Assembly (NCBI GenBank): GCA_963665325.3
Contig: OZ224045.1
Span: 1,472,001-1,536,000 of the forward strand
Direction: 5' to 3'
Length of the DNA: 64,000 nt
From: Alphaproteobacteria bacterium
Lineage (GTDB): Bacteria > Pseudomonadota > Alphaproteobacteria > Bin95
Below, in pieces: positions 18,524-29,506 of this stretch (positions are counted from its first letter, which is position 1; each line of letters starts with the position of its first letter). Under the pieces are notes generated by a model, which saw only the letters and a program-made list of their open reading frames with translations, had not been told where the DNA came from and searched no databases. The position numbers were made by a program, and so were the translations under genes.

Positions 18524-21500
18524 TTGCGCTGTTCGCGCGTCACCCGACGGCGGCGAACCTGCTGATGGCGGCGATGCTGGTTATCGGCCTGCTCGCGCTC
18601 TCGCGGATGAACAAGCAGTTCTTCCCGGATTTCGGCATCGACGTGGTTCTCGTTACGGTAACCTGGCCTGGCGCTGGCGCAGAGGATGTGGACAACGCCA
18701 TCGTCCAGGCGATCGAGCCCGAAGTCCGGTTCCTCGACCGGGTGAAGCGGGTTGTTTCCAACTCCCAGGAAGGCCGCGCCAGTATCAGCGTGGAGTTCGA
18801 AGCCGGCAGCGACATGCAGGCGGCGCTGGCGGATGTGGATGCGGCCGTATCCCGGATCGCCACCCTGCCCGAGGACAGCGAGGCGCCCTGGATCCGGCGC
18901 GTCGTGCGATACGAGAACCTGCTGCGCATCGTCCTTTCGGGGAACCTGCCGGAGCGGACCCTCAAGACATGGGCGACCCAGATGCGCGACGGACTGATCC
19001 GCGCCGGGGTCGATGAAGTGGAGATGGTCGGCGCCCGCGACGAGTGGATCCTGGTCGAGGCCGACCAGCGGGACCTGCTGGCGCTCGACCTGCCCGTGTC
19101 GGAAATCTCCAGCCGCATCGCGGGCGCTTCGCGCGACATACCGGGCGGCGACACCGGCGGACATTCGGTTTCCCGCGTCCGCTCGCTGGGTCTTGCGCGC
19201 ACCGCCGAGGAGGTCGCCGCCGTGGAGGTCCGGGCCTTCCCGGACGGGCGCAGGCTGACCCTGGGCGAAGTTGCGGAGGTCTCGGAGGCCTGGGACGAGA
19301 ACCAGCCGCGGATCTACTTCGAGGGCCGCCCGGCGGTCGAGCTCATCGTCAAGCGTGCGACGACGGCCGATGCGCTGGAGACCGCCGAAGCGGCCGCGCG
19401 ATTTCTCGACGACTTCCTGCCGACGCTGCCTCCGGGCGTCACGGTCAGGCAGTACGACGCGGCGGCGGAACTGATCGACCAGCGCATCGACCTTCTGGTC
19501 CGCAACGGCCTCGGCGGCATGGTCATCGTGTTGATCGTCCTGTTCGTGTTCCTGAATGCCCGCACGGCGCTCTGGGTAGCCGCCGGCATTCCTGCCGCCC
19601 TGCTGGCCGCTATGGCCCTCGCATGGGCGCTCGGGCACGCCATCAATATGGTAATCCTTTTCGGGACCATCCTCGCCATCGGTCTCGTCGTGGACGACGC
19701 CATCGTGGTGGCCGAACACGCCGAAACCCGCGCTCGCAGGGGCGACGACCCATTGCAGGCGGCCATGGAGGGCGCCCGGCGCATGGCGGGCCCGGTATTC
19801 AGTTCGAGCCTCACCACCATCGCCGCCTTCCTGCCGTTGATCCTGATCGGCGGCGTTATCGGGCAGATCATCCGGGAAATCCCGATCATTGTCGTGCTGG
19901 CGCTGGTGGCGAGCCTGGTGGAGTGCTTCCTGGTGCTGCCCGGCCATCTGCGCCATTCACTCGCCGCGACGGCGGCCGCGGCAGAGGGCCGGACGTCGCG
20001 CTTCCGCAGGGGATTCGACGGAGGCTTCCGCCGGTTCCGGGAGGGGCTCTTCCGGCGCATGGTCGCCCGCGCCCTCGTCCACCGCTACCTGGTGCTGGCG
20101 CTCGTTGTCGGCTTGTTCCTTGTCAGCGTCGGGATTGCCGCAAGCGGGCGCATCGCCTTCACCTTCTTTCCTTCGGTCGAGCCGAACAACATATTCGCGA
20201 ACCTGCGCATGGTTCCGGGCACGGCCCGGGAGGAGACGCGCGAACGCCTGTTTCGGATAGAGCGAGGCGCCCGCGCCGCCGCCGAGGCTTTCGGCGAACC
20301 CGGCCTGATCCACACGTCGCTCGTCGTGGAGGGCACCGAGCGCACCCAGAGCCCCGGGGGGCCCCGCCAGCGCGACGACACGGTGGGCGCCGTAGTCGTG
20401 CAGCTCGTCGACTCAGACAAGCGCGATGTGCGAACCGAAGCGTTTGTGCAAATGTGGCGGGACAGTATCGGGCCGATCGTCGGAGCCGACGCCCTTACCG
20501 TCCGCGCCGCGACGGCCGGGCCTCCGGGCCGCGAGATCGATGTGCGCCTCTCCGGCGACGACCTGGACGACCTCAAGGCGGCCGCCGGGCGCGTGAGGGC
20601 CCTTCTGGCATCCTATCCGGGCGTGAGCGCCATCGGAGACAATCTGGCGTATGGCAGCCGCGAAATGCAGTTGAGGATAACGCCGGCGGGCCGCGCGATG
20701 GGCTTCGACATCGCACGGGCGGGAAACCAGATTCGCAGCGCGCTTCAGGGCGACATCGCGCTGCGTTTCGCCAGGGGCGACGAAGAGGTGGAGGTAAGGG
20801 TTAGGCAAAAAGAGAATCCCGGCGGGCTCGGCGCGCTCTATCTCTTCGGTCCGAATGGCAGCGAGGTGCCGTTGAGCGCCGTCGTCACCGTGACCCCCTC
20901 CAGCGGCTATGACGTCATTCGCCGCGAACGGGGCCGGCGCGAGGTCTCCGTTACGGCAGAGGCGGACGAGACTGTCACCACCAACAATGTCGTGCTCGCG
21001 GCACTCCGGCGTGACGGTGTTGCGAAGATCGCCGCGGACGCCGGCCTCGAATGGCGCTTCGCCGGCAAGGCGGAGGAGCAGGCGGAGACTTTCGCCGACA
21101 TGGGCGTGGGCGCCGGCATCGGGCTTGCGGGCATGTTCCTCGTGCTGGCATGGATCTTCGGCAGCTACAGCCGGCCGGTAGCGGTGCTGGCGGTGGTGCC
21201 GCTCGGCTTCATCGGGGTCGCGCTCGGCCACTACTTCACCGGCTTCGACCTCACCATCCTTTCGATGATCGGCATGATCGGGCTGTCCGGCATCGTCATC
21301 AACGATTCGATCGTGCTCATCGTGGCGATCGCAGACCACGAGCAGGAGGGCAAGCCCGTCCACCGGGCCATAGAGGACGGGGCGTGCGACCGCCTGCGCG
21401 CGGTGATCCTCACCTCGCTTACCACCATCAGCGGCCTGCTGCCGCTCTGTTTTGAGACCAGCCTGCAGGCCCAATTTCTGATTCCCGTGGCGCTAACCAT

Positions 21501-21663
21501 CGTGGCGGGGTTGGCCATGGCGACCTTGCTCGTGCTGTTCGTCGTTCCCGCGATGCTGGCCGTCGGGTATGATCTGCGGCGCCTCGCCGGTGGCACGGGG
21601 GGGCGCGAGCGGCAGGTTGTGGTAAGTGGACGGGAAACCGGAACGGAAGCCATAACCCGATGA
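18520..21663 (+). CDS. RND efflux transporter permease (AcrB-like)
   Basis: GLVVDDAIVVAE, GIVINDSIVL, RLRAVILTSLTT; 1047 aa. Confidence 0.95.
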   Translation: MIALFARHPTAANLLMAAMLVIGLLALSRMNKQFFPDFGIDVVLVTVTWPGAGAEDVDNAIVQAIEPEVRFLDRVKRVVSNSQEGRASISVEFEAGSDMQAALADVDAAVSRIATLPEDSEAPWIRRVVRYENLLRIVLSGNLPERTLKTWATQMRDGLIRAGVDEVEMVGARDEWILVEADQRDLLALDLPVSEISSRIAGASRDIPGGDTGGHSVSRVRSLGLARTAEEVAAVEVRAFPDGRRLTLGEVAEVSEAWDENQPRIYFEGRPAVELIVKRATTADALETAEAAARFLDDFLPTLPPGVTVRQYDAAAELIDQRIDLLVRNGLGGMVIVLIVLFVFLNARTALWVAAGIPAALLAAMALAWALGHAINMVILFGTILAIGLVVDDAIVVAEHAETRARRGDDPLQAAMEGARRMAGPVFSSSLTTIAAFLPLILIGGVIGQIIREIPIIVVLALVASLVECFLVLPGHLRHSLAATAAAAEGRTSRFRRGFDGGFRRFREGLFRRMVARALVHRYLVLALVVGLFLVSVGIAASGRIAFTFFPSVEPNNIFANLRMVPGTAREETRERLFRIERGARAAAEAFGEPGLIHTSLVVEGTERTQSPGGPRQRDDTVGAVVVQLVDSDKRDVRTEAFVQMWRDSIGPIVGADALTVRAATAGPPGREIDVRLSGDDLDDLKAAAGRVRALLASYPGVSAIGDNLAYGSREMQLRITPAGRAMGFDIARAGNQIRSALQGDIALRFARGDEEVEVRVRQKENPGGLGALYLFGPNGSEVPLSAVVTVTPSSGYDVIRRERGRREVSVTAEADETVTTNNVVLAALRRDGVAKIAADAGLEWRFAGKAEEQAETFADMGVGAGIGLAGMFLVLAWIFGSYSRPVAVLAVVPLGFIGVALGHYFTGFDLTILSMIGMIGLSGIVINDSIVLIVAIADHEQEGKPVHRAIEDGACDRLRAVILTSLTTISGLLPLCFETSLQAQFLIPVALTIVAGLAMATLLVLFVVPAMLAVGYDLRRLAGGTGGRERQVVVSGRETGTEAITR

Positions 21664-23201
21664 ACTTGCCGCGCATCGCCCTTCTGGGCATCATGCTTGA
21701 AAGCAATGCGTTCGCCCCGCCGGCGACGGAAGCCGATTTCCGCCGGCACTACTACCGGGAGGGCGACGATTTACTGAAAGACGCACGAGCCGAGGTCTCG
21801 GCGATGCCGGCCGAGATGGCCGCCTTCGTGCAGGCGATGGATGCGACGGGCCCGTGGGAGCCGGTGCCGCTGCTGTTCGCCAACAACCCGCCCTGGGGCC
21901 CGGCGGAATGGAGCTTCATTTCGGGCTGTCTGGACCGCATCGAGGCGATGCTGGCCGAGGCGGGATCGGTGGACGGCGTCTTCATCGCCAATCACGGCGC
22001 CATGACCACGACGGAGACGCTCGATCCCGATGGCGAGATCGTGGCGCGGTTGCGCGCGCTTGCCGGGGCGGAGGTCCCCGTGATCGTGACGCACGACCTG
22101 CATGCCAACCTCTCCGAGCGTCTGGTCGAGGCGGCCGACATTCTGATTGGTTACACCACCAACCCCCATGTCGATATGCGCCAGCGCGGGGACGAGGCGG
22201 CCTTCGCCATGCGCAAGATGCTGGCCGGGATGCGGCCGAAATCGGCCTTCATCCGCCTGCCGCTGACGCCGCCGAGCGTGACCCTGCTGACTGCGGAGGG
22301 GCCCTATGCGGACATGATCCAATACGGTCAGCGGCGGATGCGCGAGTCGGGCGGCGAAATTGTCAACGTCACGATTCTCGGCGGCTTCGTCTTCTCGGAC
22401 ACGCCGAAGAACGGTGTCGCCATCGTGGTGACGGCGCGCGAGGATGAGGCGCTGGCGCGATCGTTGGCGCGCGAAATCGCGGATTACGGCTGGTCGATGC
22501 GGCAGCGCTTCCGGCGCGACCTCATGTCCGTCGATGCGGCGGCGGCGCTGGCGCTCGAAACGGCGGGCGAACCCTCCCGCCCCGCGATTATCTTCTCCGA
22601 CGCCGGCGATAATCCGGGCGGCGGCGGGGAAGGGCGCACCACCTGGCTCCTGCGTGCGCTCGTCGAGGCGGAAGCGAAGCGCGTCTATTACGGCTCCTTC
22701 TTCGATCCCGAGTTGGCGCTGGAGGCGCACCGGCTCGGCGAAGGCGCGGAATTCGAAGCGGCGTTCAACCGCGAAGGCGACACGGAGTTCTCCAAGGGGT
22801 TCCGGGCGCCGGCGCGGGTCCTGAAGCTGACGGACGGGCGCTTCGTTGGCCGGCTTGGCATCTACCGGGGCCGGCTGGTGGATTTGGGGCCGTCGGCCGC
22901 GCTGCAGATCGGCGGGCCGGACGGCATCACCGTCATCGTAATCGGCGCGCGCCACCAGACCGCCGACCCGATGTTCTTCGAGAGCTTCGGACTGGATATC
23001 GCCGAGGCGCGGGTCGTCTGCGTCAAGTCGCGGGGCCATTTCCGCGCGGGCTTCATGCCCTGGTTCCCGCCCACGCAGGTCTTCGAGGTCGATACGGCCG
23101 GGCTCACCTCCCCGGTGCTGGACCGCTTCCGATGGCAAAGGCTGCCGCGTCCGGTCTTCCCGCTGGACGAAGGCGCCGAGTGGACCCCGCCACCCTGGTG
23201 A
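21660..23201 (+). CDS. M81 family metallopeptidase (MlrC-like)
   Basis: LESNAF, HGAM, DLHAN, PHVD, DAGDNPGGG, VKSRGHFRAGF. Confidence 0.92.
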   Translation: MNLPRIALLGIMLESNAFAPPATEADFRRHYYREGDDLLKDARAEVSAMPAEMAAFVQAMDATGPWEPVPLLFANNPPWGPAEWSFISGCLDRIEAMLAEAGSVDGVFIANHGAMTTTETLDPDGEIVARLRALAGAEVPVIVTHDLHANLSERLVEAADILIGYTTNPHVDMRQRGDEAAFAMRKMLAGMRPKSAFIRLPLTPPSVTLLTAEGPYADMIQYGQRRMRESGGEIVNVTILGGFVFSDTPKNGVAIVVTAREDEALARSLAREIADYGWSMRQRFRRDLMSVDAAAALALETAGEPSRPAIIFSDAGDNPGGGGEGRTTWLLRALVEAEAKRVYYGSFFDPELALEAHRLGEGAEFEAAFNREGDTEFSKGFRAPARVLKLTDGRFVGRLGIYRGRLVDLGPSAALQIGGPDGITVIVIGARHQTADPMFFESFGLDIAEARVVCVKSRGHFRAGFMPWFPPTQVFEVDTAGLTSPVLDRFRWQRLPRPVFPLDEGAEWTPPPW

Positions 23202-23317
23202 GGGGCCGCCCGCCGCGATTGCGGCGGGGCGTCCGACGCCCTATCGTGCAAGCCATGCGGGGCTTGGCGGTCTACGCCCGCCCGCCCGGCCATCCATTGC
23301 AGGAGAAGGAAGCACCC

Positions 23318-24907
23318 ATGCAGTTCCGAAAACTTCTGATCGGCTGCGCGTTCGCCAGCTTGGCCGCAGTTCCTGCTTGGGGGCAAGGCGGGATGCTTAC
23401 CGTCGGCCTCAAGGCGGAGCCGTCCTCCATCGATCCGCACTACCACAATCTCGGCCCGAACAACTCTATGGCGGCGCACTATTTCAGCCGCTTGGTGGAG
23501 CAGGACGAGAAGCTTCGGTTGCTGCCAGGCCTTGCCGTGTCGTGGAAGCCGGTCGGCGACACCACCTGGGAATTCAAGCTGCGCGAGGGCGTGAAGTTCC
23601 ATGACGGCTCGGACTTCAATGCGGACGATGTGCTGTTCACTATCGAGCGCGCGCCCAATGTGCCCAACTCTCCGTCCAGCTTCGGCACCTACCTCAAGGG
23701 CAAGACATTCACCAAGGTCGACGACTACACCCTCCATATCAGCACCGAGCGCCCGTATCCGCTGATGCCGGTCGATATGGCGGCGGTGCCGATTATCTCT
23801 TCCGATGTGGGCGCCGAAGTCACCACGGCGGACTTTAACTCCGGCAAGGCCGCCATCGGGACCGGACCCTACCGCTTCGTCGAATGGGTGCCCGGCGACC
23901 GGCTGGTGATCGAGCGCAACGAGGACTATTTCGATGCGAAGCCGGAATGGGAAAAGATCGTCTTCAAGCCGATCAAGTCCGGCCCGGCGCGCGTCGCCGC
24001 GCTGCTCGCGGGCGATGTGGACTTCATCGACAATGTGCCGCCCATCGATATTCCGCGCCTGAAAGGCGACGAGAACGTGCAGGTCAGCCAGGGCGTTTCC
24101 AGCCGGGTGATCTACCTGCACATGGACCAGTACCGGGAGAATTCGCCCTTCGTGAAGGCGAATGGCGGCGGCGACATCAAGAACCCGCTTCTGGACGTGC
24201 GCGTCCGCAAGGCGATCTCCAAGGCTCTCAACCGCGACGCCATCGTGGACCGTGTCATGGAAGGCGTGGCCATCAAGGCCGGACAATTGCTGCCGGAGGG
24301 CTTCTTCGGCGTCACGCCCAACCTGAAACCCGAGCCCTACGACCCCGAAGGCGCCAAGGCGCTGCTGGCCGAGGCCGGCTATCCGGACGGCTTCGAGCTC
24401 ACAATCCACGGGCCCAACGACCGCTATATCAACGATGCCAAGATCTGCGAGGCGGTCGCCCAAATGCTGACCCGCATCGGCATCAAGACGGCGGTCGAGA
24501 CCATGCCCAAGGCGGTCTATTTCCGGCGTGCGAGCCGCGGCGGACCGGACAACTCGCCGGAGTTCAGCTTCATCCTCGTCGGCTGGGGCTCGGGCACGGG
24601 CGAGTCGTCATCGCCGCTCCGTTCCCTGATTCACACCTATGACAAGGACCGCGGCTTCGGCGCATCCAACCGGGGCCGGCATTCCGACGCCGAGGTGGAC
24701 ACGCTGATCGAGGACGCGCTCGCCACGGTGGACGACGATGCGCGCCTCAAGCTGCTGCAGGAGGCCACGGAGCTCGCCATCGGGCGCAACCAGGGCATCA
24801 TTCCGACCCACTACCAGGTCAACACCTGGGCCGGGAAGAAGGGCCTGTCCTACACTGCGCGGGCGGATGAGCGGACCATCGCCATGGGCGTGACCTCCGA
24901 CAAGTAA
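23318..24907 (+). CDS. Peptide/nickel ABC transporter substrate-binding protein (family 5)
   Basis: Signal peptide, SIDPH, FKLREGVKFHDG, IGTGPY. Confidence 0.95.
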   Translation: MQFRKLLIGCAFASLAAVPAWGQGGMLTVGLKAEPSSIDPHYHNLGPNNSMAAHYFSRLVEQDEKLRLLPGLAVSWKPVGDTTWEFKLREGVKFHDGSDFNADDVLFTIERAPNVPNSPSSFGTYLKGKTFTKVDDYTLHISTERPYPLMPVDMAAVPIISSDVGAEVTTADFNSGKAAIGTGPYRFVEWVPGDRLVIERNEDYFDAKPEWEKIVFKPIKSGPARVAALLAGDVDFIDNVPPIDIPRLKGDENVQVSQGVSSRVIYLHMDQYRENSPFVKANGGGDIKNPLLDVRVRKAISKALNRDAIVDRVMEGVAIKAGQLLPEGFFGVTPNLKPEPYDPEGAKALLAEAGYPDGFELTIHGPNDRYINDAKICEAVAQMLTRIGIKTAVETMPKAVYFRRASRGGPDNSPEFSFILVGWGSGTGESSSPLRSLIHTYDKDRGFGASNRGRHSDAEVDTLIEDALATVDDDARLKLLQEATELAIGRNQGIIPTHYQVNTWAGKKGLSYTARADERTIAMGVTSDK

Positions 24908-24968
24908 CGCGGGAAATGCGGGCGGCAGCGCTGCTGCCGTCCGCGCCCTGCGGGAGCGCCGAGGCCCC

Positions 24969-25946
24969 ATGACCGTCTTCATTATCCGGCGGCTGATGCA
25001 GAGTTCAGTCGTCGTTGCGGTGATGTCGCTGCTGGTGTTCGTTGGCGTCAACATCGTCGGCGACCCGGTGGACATGCTCATCAACCCGGAGGCCGACCAG
25101 GCCGAGATCGAGCGCGTGATGCGCGACCTGGGCCTAGACCGCCCGGTGCATGAGCAATACGGTTATTTCGTCGTCAACGCGCTCCAGGGCGACCTCGGCA
25201 AGTCCTTCATCTTCGGCGAGCCGGCGCTGCAGCTGATCGTGCAGCGCATGCCGGCTACCTTCGAGCTCGCGATAGCGGCGCTCCTGATCGCTGTAGTGCT
25301 CGGTATTCCGCTCGGGGTCCTCGCAGGGCTGAGACCCGAGGCGAAGTCGTCCAAGGCGATCATGGCCGGCTCGATCCTCGGCTTCAGCCTGCCCAGCTTC
25401 TGGGTGGGCATCATGATGATCATGCTGTTCGCCGTGATGCTGGGCTGGCTGCCCTCGACAGGACGGGGGGACACCGTGCCCTTCCTCGGCATGCAGGTCA
25501 GCTTCCTTACCTGGGACGGCCTTCAGCATCTGCTGCTGCCGGCTATCAACCTGTCGCTCTTCAAACTCTCGCTCGTTATCCGGCTGGCGCGCGCTGGCAC
25601 GCGCGAAGTCGTCCACCAGGACTACATCAAGTTTGCGCGCGCCAAGGGCCTGCGTGAGAGCCGGGTGGTGCTGGTCCACCTGCTCAAGAACATCATGATC
25701 CCGGTCGTGACCGTGCTCGGCCTCGAGTTCGGTGGGCTGGTGGCCTTCTCGGTGGTGACCGAGACGGTGTTCGCCTGGCCCGGCATGGGCAAGCTCATCA
25801 TCGACTCCCTGCACGAGCTCGACCGGCCCGTGGTGGTCGCATATCTGATGATCGTGGTGCTGATGTTCGTCATCATCAACCTGCTGGTCGATATCGTCTA
25901 TTCGGTCCTCGACCCCCGGGTCCGCCTACAGGACGCCCGCGCATGA
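24969..25946 (+). CDS. ABC transporter permease (DppB-like)
   Basis: GDLGKS, YIKFARAKG EAA motif, ETVFAWPGMG. Confidence 0.95.
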   Translation: MTVFIIRRLMQSSVVVAVMSLLVFVGVNIVGDPVDMLINPEADQAEIERVMRDLGLDRPVHEQYGYFVVNALQGDLGKSFIFGEPALQLIVQRMPATFELAIAALLIAVVLGIPLGVLAGLRPEAKSSKAIMAGSILGFSLPSFWVGIMMIMLFAVMLGWLPSTGRGDTVPFLGMQVSFLTWDGLQHLLLPAINLSLFKLSLVIRLARAGTREVVHQDYIKFARAKGLRESRVVLVHLLKNIMIPVVTVLGLEFGGLVAFSVVTETVFAWPGMGKLIIDSLHELDRPVVVAYLMIVVLMFVIINLLVDIVYSVLDPRVRLQDARA

Positions 25947-26854
25947 CCGTCAGAACCGACAGGCAGGTAGAGGCCGTCGCCGTCGAGACGCCGTTCCGCC
26001 GGTTCGCTTCTGACTTTTTCGAGAGCCGCATCGCAACGGTCGCGCTGGCGGTGTTCGCGGCGATCGCCTTTATCGCGCTCTTCGCGCCCTGGATCGCGCC
26101 GACCGACCCTTACGACCTCGCCCAGGTGAGCGTGCTCGACTCGCACATGCCGCCCGGCACCGAGGCCTTCGACGGGCGCGTCTTCTGGCTCGGCACAGAC
26201 GGCGCCGGGCGCGACCTGGTGAGCGCGATCTGCTACGGGTTGCGCATTAGTCTCGGCGTCGGCGTGATGAGCGGCGTCATCGCCATGGCTATCGGCTGCG
26301 CCGTCGGCCTCGCAGCGGCCTATTTCGGCGGGCGCGTCGATACGCTCATCATGCGTATCGTCGATATCCAGCTGAGTTTTCCGTCGATCCTGGTGGCGCT
26401 CGTGCTGCTGGCGGTGCTCGGCAAGGGGGTGGACAAGATCCTGATCGCACTCGTGACCGTCCAGTGGGCCTATTATGCGCGCACGGTGCGCGCCAGCGCG
26501 CTCGTCGAGCGTTCGAAGGAATATATCGATGCGGCGACCTGCCTGGCGCTCAGCCATCGGCGCATCCTGTTCCGCCACCTGCTGCCGAACTGTATGCCGC
26601 CCCTGATCGTGGTGGTCACGGTCCAGACGGCCCATGCCATCTCGCTGGAGGCAACGCTCAGCTTCCTCGGCATTGGCCTGCCGATCACCGAGCCCTCCCT
26701 CGGCCTGCTGATCGCCAACGGCTTCGAATACATGCTGAGCATGAAATACTGGATCAGCGTCTATCCCGGCGTCGCACTGCTCGTCACCATCGTGTCGATC
26801 AACCTGGTAGGCGACCAGTTGAGGGATATCCTGAACCCGCGATTGCAGAAATAG
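25943..26854 (+). CDS. ABC transporter permease (DppC-like)
   Basis: LGTDGAGRD, HLLPN, EATLSFLGIG. Confidence 0.95.
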   Translation: MTVRTDRQVEAVAVETPFRRFASDFFESRIATVALAVFAAIAFIALFAPWIAPTDPYDLAQVSVLDSHMPPGTEAFDGRVFWLGTDGAGRDLVSAICYGLRISLGVGVMSGVIAMAIGCAVGLAAAYFGGRVDTLIMRIVDIQLSFPSILVALVLLAVLGKGVDKILIALVTVQWAYYARTVRASALVERSKEYIDAATCLALSHRRILFRHLLPNCMPPLIVVVTVQTAHAISLEATLSFLGIGLPITEPSLGLLIANGFEYMLSMKYWISVYPGVALLVTIVSINLVGDQLRDILNPRLQK

Positions 26855-26858
26855 CCCG

Positions 26859-27842
26859 GTGGCGTCGGCGCACGCGACCTTGGCCGTAGAGGGCCTGAAG
26901 ACGCATTTCTTCACCAAGGCCGGCATCGTCAAAGCCGTGGACGGGGTGAGTTTCGAGGTCGGGCGCGGCGAGATCATGGGGTTGGTCGGAGAATCCGGGT
27001 CCGGCAAGTCGGTCACCGGCTTCTCGATTATCGGCCTGGTGGACCCACCGGGCCGGGTGGTGGAGGGAAGCATCCTCCACAATGGCGAGAACCTTGTCGG
27101 GCTGGACGACGAGCGGATGCGCAACCTGCGCGGCAACCGCATCGCGATGATCTTCCAGGATCCGATGATGACCCTGAACCCGGTGCTGCGCATCGAGACG
27201 CAGATGGTCGAGGCGGTGCTCGCCCATAGCGCAGTCTCGAAGGGGGAAGCGCGGGGCATGGCGCGCGACACGCTCGGTCAGGTGGGCATCCCCTCGCCGG
27301 ACGAGCGCCTCCGGGCCTATCCGCACCAGTTTTCCGGCGGCATGCGTCAGCGCGTTGCCATCGCCATCGCACTGCTGAACAAGCCGGACCTCATCATTGC
27401 CGACGAGCCGACGACGGCGCTCGACGTCACCATCCAGGGGCAGATCCTTTACGAGGCGCAAAAGCTCTGTCGCGAGACGGGTACGGCGATGATTTGGATC
27501 ACCCACGACCTCGCGGTGGTCGCCGGCATCGCGGACCGCATCTCGGTCATGTATGCCGGGCGCGTCGTCGAGCAGGGCGAGACCGGCGATATCATCGACC
27601 GGCCGGCGCATCCCTATACCCGCGGATTGATCGGCTCCGTGCCCAGCCGCAACACGCGCGGCGGCAGGCTGTTCCAGATTCCCGGCATGACGCCCTCGCT
27701 GCTGAACCTGGCACCCGGCTGCGCCTTCCGGGAGCGCTGCCCGGCGGCCGATGGCGCCTGCATCGTCGAACCCGAGACCTCGCACCCGCTGCCCGGTCGC
27801 GAACTGCGCTGCCACCACCCGCAATTGGAGGCGATCCCTTGA
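26859..27842 (+). CDS. ABC transporter ATPase (DppD-like)
   Basis: [24 protein letters not shown]. Confidence 0.95.
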   Translation: MASAHATLAVEGLKTHFFTKAGIVKAVDGVSFEVGRGEIMGLVGESGSGKSVTGFSIIGLVDPPGRVVEGSILHNGENLVGLDDERMRNLRGNRIAMIFQDPMMTLNPVLRIETQMVEAVLAHSAVSKGEARGMARDTLGQVGIPSPDERLRAYPHQFSGGMRQRVAIAIALLNKPDLIIADEPTTALDVTIQGQILYEAQKLCRETGTAMIWITHDLAVVAGIADRISVMYAGRVVEQGETGDIIDRPAHPYTRGLIGSVPSRNTRGGRLFQIPGMTPSLLNLAPGCAFRERCPAADGACIVEPETSHPLPGRELRCHHPQLEAIP

Positions 27843-28822
27843 TCGAGGCGCGCGGCATCAGCAAGCGTTTCGTGAAGGCGCCGGACCTGGCGGCGCGGCT
27901 CGCCGGCCGGCTCGGCGCCGAGGTGCACGAGGAAACCGTGCACGCGCTGGACGGCGTGACGATCTCGGTCGAGCGCGGTGAGGTCGTCGGGCTGGTCGGC
28001 GAGTCCGGCTGCGGAAAGTCCACCTTCGGGCGGATCGTCGCCGGCATCATGGAGCCGACCGAGGGCACTGTCTTCTACCGGGGCCGGGACCTGACGACGC
28101 TGCAGGGACGCGAAGCGCGCGAGGCCGCGCTCCAGGTGCAGATGATCTTCCAGGACCCGTTCGCTTCCTTGAACCCCCGGATGCGGGTCGAGGACATCGT
28201 GGGCGAGGCGCCTTTGCTACACGGCATCGTCTCGAAGGGCGAGCGCAGCGACTATATCGACGTCACCATGCGCCGCGTCGGCCTCGATCCGTCCTTCAAG
28301 CGGCGCTATCCGCACCAGTTCTCGGGCGGCCAGCGCCAGCGTATCGGCATTGCCCGAGCGCTGGCGGTGAATCCGGAATTCCTGGTCTGCGACGAGGCCG
28401 TGGCCGCGCTCGACGTCTCGATACAGGCGCAGGTGCTCAACCTCTTCATGGACCTGCGCCGGGACCTGGATCTGACCTACCTGTTCATCAGCCACGATCT
28501 GAGCGTGGTGGAGCATATCTCCGACCGGGTGGTCATCATGTATCTCGGCCGCGTGGTCGAGTCGGCGCCGGCCGGGCCGCTGTTCGACGAGCCCAACCAC
28601 CCCTATACGAAGGCGCTGCTGGCCGGCGCGCCGACGCTGGATGCCCGCCGGCGCATCTACGAGCCGGTCAAGGGCGAGATTCCCTCGCCGCTCGACCCGC
28701 CGTCGGGCTGCCATTTCCATCCGCGTTGTCCCCATGCCGCGAAGCGCTGCCGCGAGGAGACACCGGCGCTGCGGGAGATTGCACCCGGCCGGCATTCGGC
28801 CTGCCATCTGAACGACGGCTGA
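27839..28822 (+). CDS. ABC transporter ATPase (DppF-like)
   Basis: GESGCGKST, FSGGQRQR, GCHFHPRCP; TTG start overlapping the previous stop. Confidence 0.93.
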   Translation: MIEARGISKRFVKAPDLAARLAGRLGAEVHEETVHALDGVTISVERGEVVGLVGESGCGKSTFGRIVAGIMEPTEGTVFYRGRDLTTLQGREAREAALQVQMIFQDPFASLNPRMRVEDIVGEAPLLHGIVSKGERSDYIDVTMRRVGLDPSFKRRYPHQFSGGQRQRIGIARALAVNPEFLVCDEAVAALDVSIQAQVLNLFMDLRRDLDLTYLFISHDLSVVEHISDRVVIMYLGRVVESAPAGPLFDEPNHPYTKALLAGAPTLDARRRIYEPVKGEIPSPLDPPSGCHFHPRCPHAAKRCREETPALREIAPGRHSACHLNDG

Positions 28823-28867
28823 GGCGTCAGACGGCGGGGCGGCGCGGGCTGCGGAGAGGGAACGGAG

Positions 28868-29347
28868 ATGAGCACGCGCAAGACGCTTTACCTGGCAAAC
28901 CCTTACGGCTTCTCGGCCCAGCAGAAGCAGGGGCCGCTTCGGGCGCTGGAAGCGGCGCTGGCGGCCGCCGGGGCGGAGGTGTGGGAGCCCTTCTCGCGCA
29001 ACAACCAGATCGACCGCGCGGCGCCCGGCTGGGCGTGGCGCATCGCGCAGGCGGACATGCGCGACGTCCGCGAGGCGGACGGGCTGTTCGCGGTTGTCAA
29101 CGGCTGCCCGCCGGACGAGGGCGTGATGGTGGAACTCGGCATGGCGTTCGCCTGGGACAAGCCCGTCTTCCTCTTCCGCGACGATTTCCGCCGCTGCACC
29201 GACAGCGAGCAATACCCCCTCAATCTCATGGTCTTCGCCGGCCTGCCTGCCAACGGTTGGGAGGACTACTGGTACACGTCGGTTGAGGAAATCGCCAATC
29301 CCGGCAAGGCGTTGATGCGGTGGCTGGCCGAACGCGAGCCGGCATAG
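28868..29347 (+). CDS. Nucleoside 2-deoxyribosyltransferase family protein
   Basis: LYLANPYGF, DEGVMVELGMA, NLMV. Confidence 0.88.
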   Translation: MSTRKTLYLANPYGFSAQQKQGPLRALEAALAAAGAEVWEPFSRNNQIDRAAPGWAWRIAQADMRDVREADGLFAVVNGCPPDEGVMVELGMAFAWDKPVFLFRDDFRRCTDSEQYPLNLMVFAGLPANGWEDYWYTSVEEIANPGKALMRWLAEREPA

Positions 29348-29506
29348 ACAACAGCGTAAACAGGACGGTTGTTTTGGTCAGGCGGCCAAGTTCGCTACCG
29401 TCGTCGGTATATCGCAGACTTCCTTTCAACTATTCACATGGGATTGTCACGAAACTGTTGTATGTTCTCTTTCCCTCTATAGGACATCTCTGGAGTGACC
29501 GTGCAA

